Assembly: GCA_964594835.1 (NCBI GenBank) | Contig: CAZQNA010000007.1 | Coordinates: 1 to 24,564, forward strand | Origin: an uncultured Nitrososphaerota archaeon | GTDB lineage: Archaea > Korarchaeota > Korarchaeia > Korarchaeales > Korarchaeaceae | Direction: 5' to 3' | Length of the DNA stretch: 24,564 nt | Part shown: piece by piece, positions 23,348 to 24,564 of the stretch | Position numbering within the stretch: the first letter of the stretch is position 1 | How the letters are laid out: each line of letters starts with the position of its first letter | Made by a program: the position numbers and the translations under genes | Notes under the pieces: generated by a model | The model's input: only the letters and a program-made list of their open reading frames with translations | What the model was told of the DNA's origin: nothing | The model's database searches: none

Positions 23348-24564
23348 GTGCCGGTCGACTCGGGTCGCCTCCTGAGGGAACTCGGTTACGATTTCTACAG
23401 CTTCACGGAGCCGCCCGTCAGGCCCGAGAGGGTCGACAAGACGTTCGCCGAGTTCCTGCCCGGCCTGTCCTCGGGGGGACCCCTCTCCAGGTCCATCTCC
23501 GGGAGGAGGCTCTACTCCCACCAGCTCGAGGCTATAGACGCCCTGAGGCGTGGGGAGAATGTCATACTGATCTCCGGGGCCGGGAGCGGCAAGACGGAGT
23601 CCTGGTTCGTCCACGCCGCCCGGGAGGGCGCCAGGACAATGGCCGTCTACCCCACCCTCGCGCTGGCAAACGACCAGCTCCGGAGGCTCGAGGACTACTC
23701 CGAGTCCCTTGGAATCAGGGTCTTCGCCATAGACGCGGCCAGGAGGAACGCCATGAGGTCGAAGATCGGAACCAGGGGCATCAGGTCTGCCGTCTCCCAG
23801 TCCCAGATCCTCGTGACCAATCCGGCCTTCCTCCTGAACGAGCTGAAGAGGTGGATCTCCGGCAGGGCCCTGCTCAGGGACTTCTGCGCGGGGCTCGACC
23901 TACTCGTGTTGGACGAGCTGGACTTCTACGGCCCGAGGGAGCTGGCCCTCCTGCTCTCCATGATGAGGATAATGAGGCTCCTCACGGGGAGGGACTTTCA
24001 GGTAGCCATCCTGACGGCCACGCTGGGCAACCCAGATGAGCTCGCGGAGTTCTTGACTCAGGTAAACGGCAGGGAGACGAGAGTCGTCTCGGGGAGGCCG
24101 TTCAGGGCCGAGAACAGGGTCTACGTGGTGCTCGGCAAGAACCTGCGGGCGATCTGGGAGATGCTCAGGGACAGGAGGGAGGAGCTGGAGGAGGCGGGGG
24201 TCGGAGAGGACGTGATGAGGGCTCTCGAGGACTTCGAGGAGTTCAGGACGTCCGCCTACAAGGTGATAGAGGCGGCCAGGTGGGCCGGGATCCGGGTCCC
24301 GAGCCCCGCCGTGGACCCGTCCGAGATCGTGTCCCGCTACGCCTCTGACGACGGCGTGACGCTCGTCTTCACGAGGAGCATAAGGTACGCGGAGGAGCTC
24401 AGGAGGAGGGCCGCCTTGGAGCTCGGGGACATGGCAGACCGCGTGGCGGCCCACCACCACCTGGTGCCGAAGGAGGAGAGGGTCGAGATCGAGAGGGGGG
24501 CGAGGGAGGGGGAGGTCTCGGTCCTCATCTCTCCCAGGACCCTGGCCCAGGGGATCGACATCGG
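23348..24564 (+). CDS. DExD/H-box SF2 helicase (Hrq1/YprA-like), 3'-partial, absent from the ORF track
   Basis: From GTG 23348 (GGGGAGG RBS): LYSHQLEAI (Q motif), SGAGSGKTE, YPTLALANDQ, TNP, LDELDFY, LTATLGN, TLAQGIDI; runs off the window end. Confidence 0.9.
   Translation, partial: MPVDSGRLLRELGYDFYSFTEPPVRPERVDKTFAEFLPGLSSGGPLSRSISGRRLYSHQLEAIDALRRGENVILISGAGSGKTESWFVHAAREGARTMAVYPTLALANDQLRRLEDYSESLGIRVFAIDAARRNAMRSKIGTRGIRSAVSQSQILVTNPAFLLNELKRWISGRALLRDFCAGLDLLVLDELDFYGPRELALLLSMMRIMRLLTGRDFQVAILTATLGNPDELAEFLTQVNGRETRVVSGRPFRAENRVYVVLGKNLRAIWEMLRDRREELEEAGVGEDVMRALEDFEEFRTSAYKVIEAARWAGIRVPSPAVDPSEIVSRYASDDGVTLVFTRSIRYAEELRRRAALELGDMADRVAAHHHLVPKEERVEIERGAREGEVSVLISPRTLAQGIDI

Noticed and set aside
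23332-24039. 235-aa plus-strand ORF in the track
   Set aside because: Wrong frame; the helicase motifs lie in the frame starting at 23348.

Overview
GC-rich archaeal DNA, most likely from a hyperthermophile (reverse gyrase, XerA, TATA-type promoters, AGG-biased Arg codons). The right half (~13.0-24.6 kb) looks like host chromosome: xerA, a large membrane-anchored beta-propeller protein, reverse gyrase, NifX-like and AbrB-like small genes, an RlmI-like methyltransferase, a Xaa-Pro peptidase and a truncated DExD/H helicase. The left half (1-~13.0 kb; its left end is outside the window) looks like an integrated plasmid/virus-like element next to xerA. It encodes a Zn-ribbon tyrosine integrase, an excisionase, a membrane-anchored wHTH, an RHH protein missing from the ORF track, a divergent MCM-like helicase, an AEP primase with a PriX-like C-terminus, a second short tyrosine recombinase, a coiled-coil protein, a divergent HerA/FtsK-like ATPase, PD-(D/E)XK nucleases and a convergent RelE/antitoxin-like pair. 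The most notable non-coding signal is a recurrent motif, TTGGTAACGC, seen only in the element: phased tandem copies between int and xis, and inverted pairs inside an ORF just upstream of the second recombinase. There are also opposed 9-bp iteron-like arrays inside the MCM gene and a 23-bp direct repeat bracketing the RHH gene. All family calls come from motif recognition by eye; no database searches were run.
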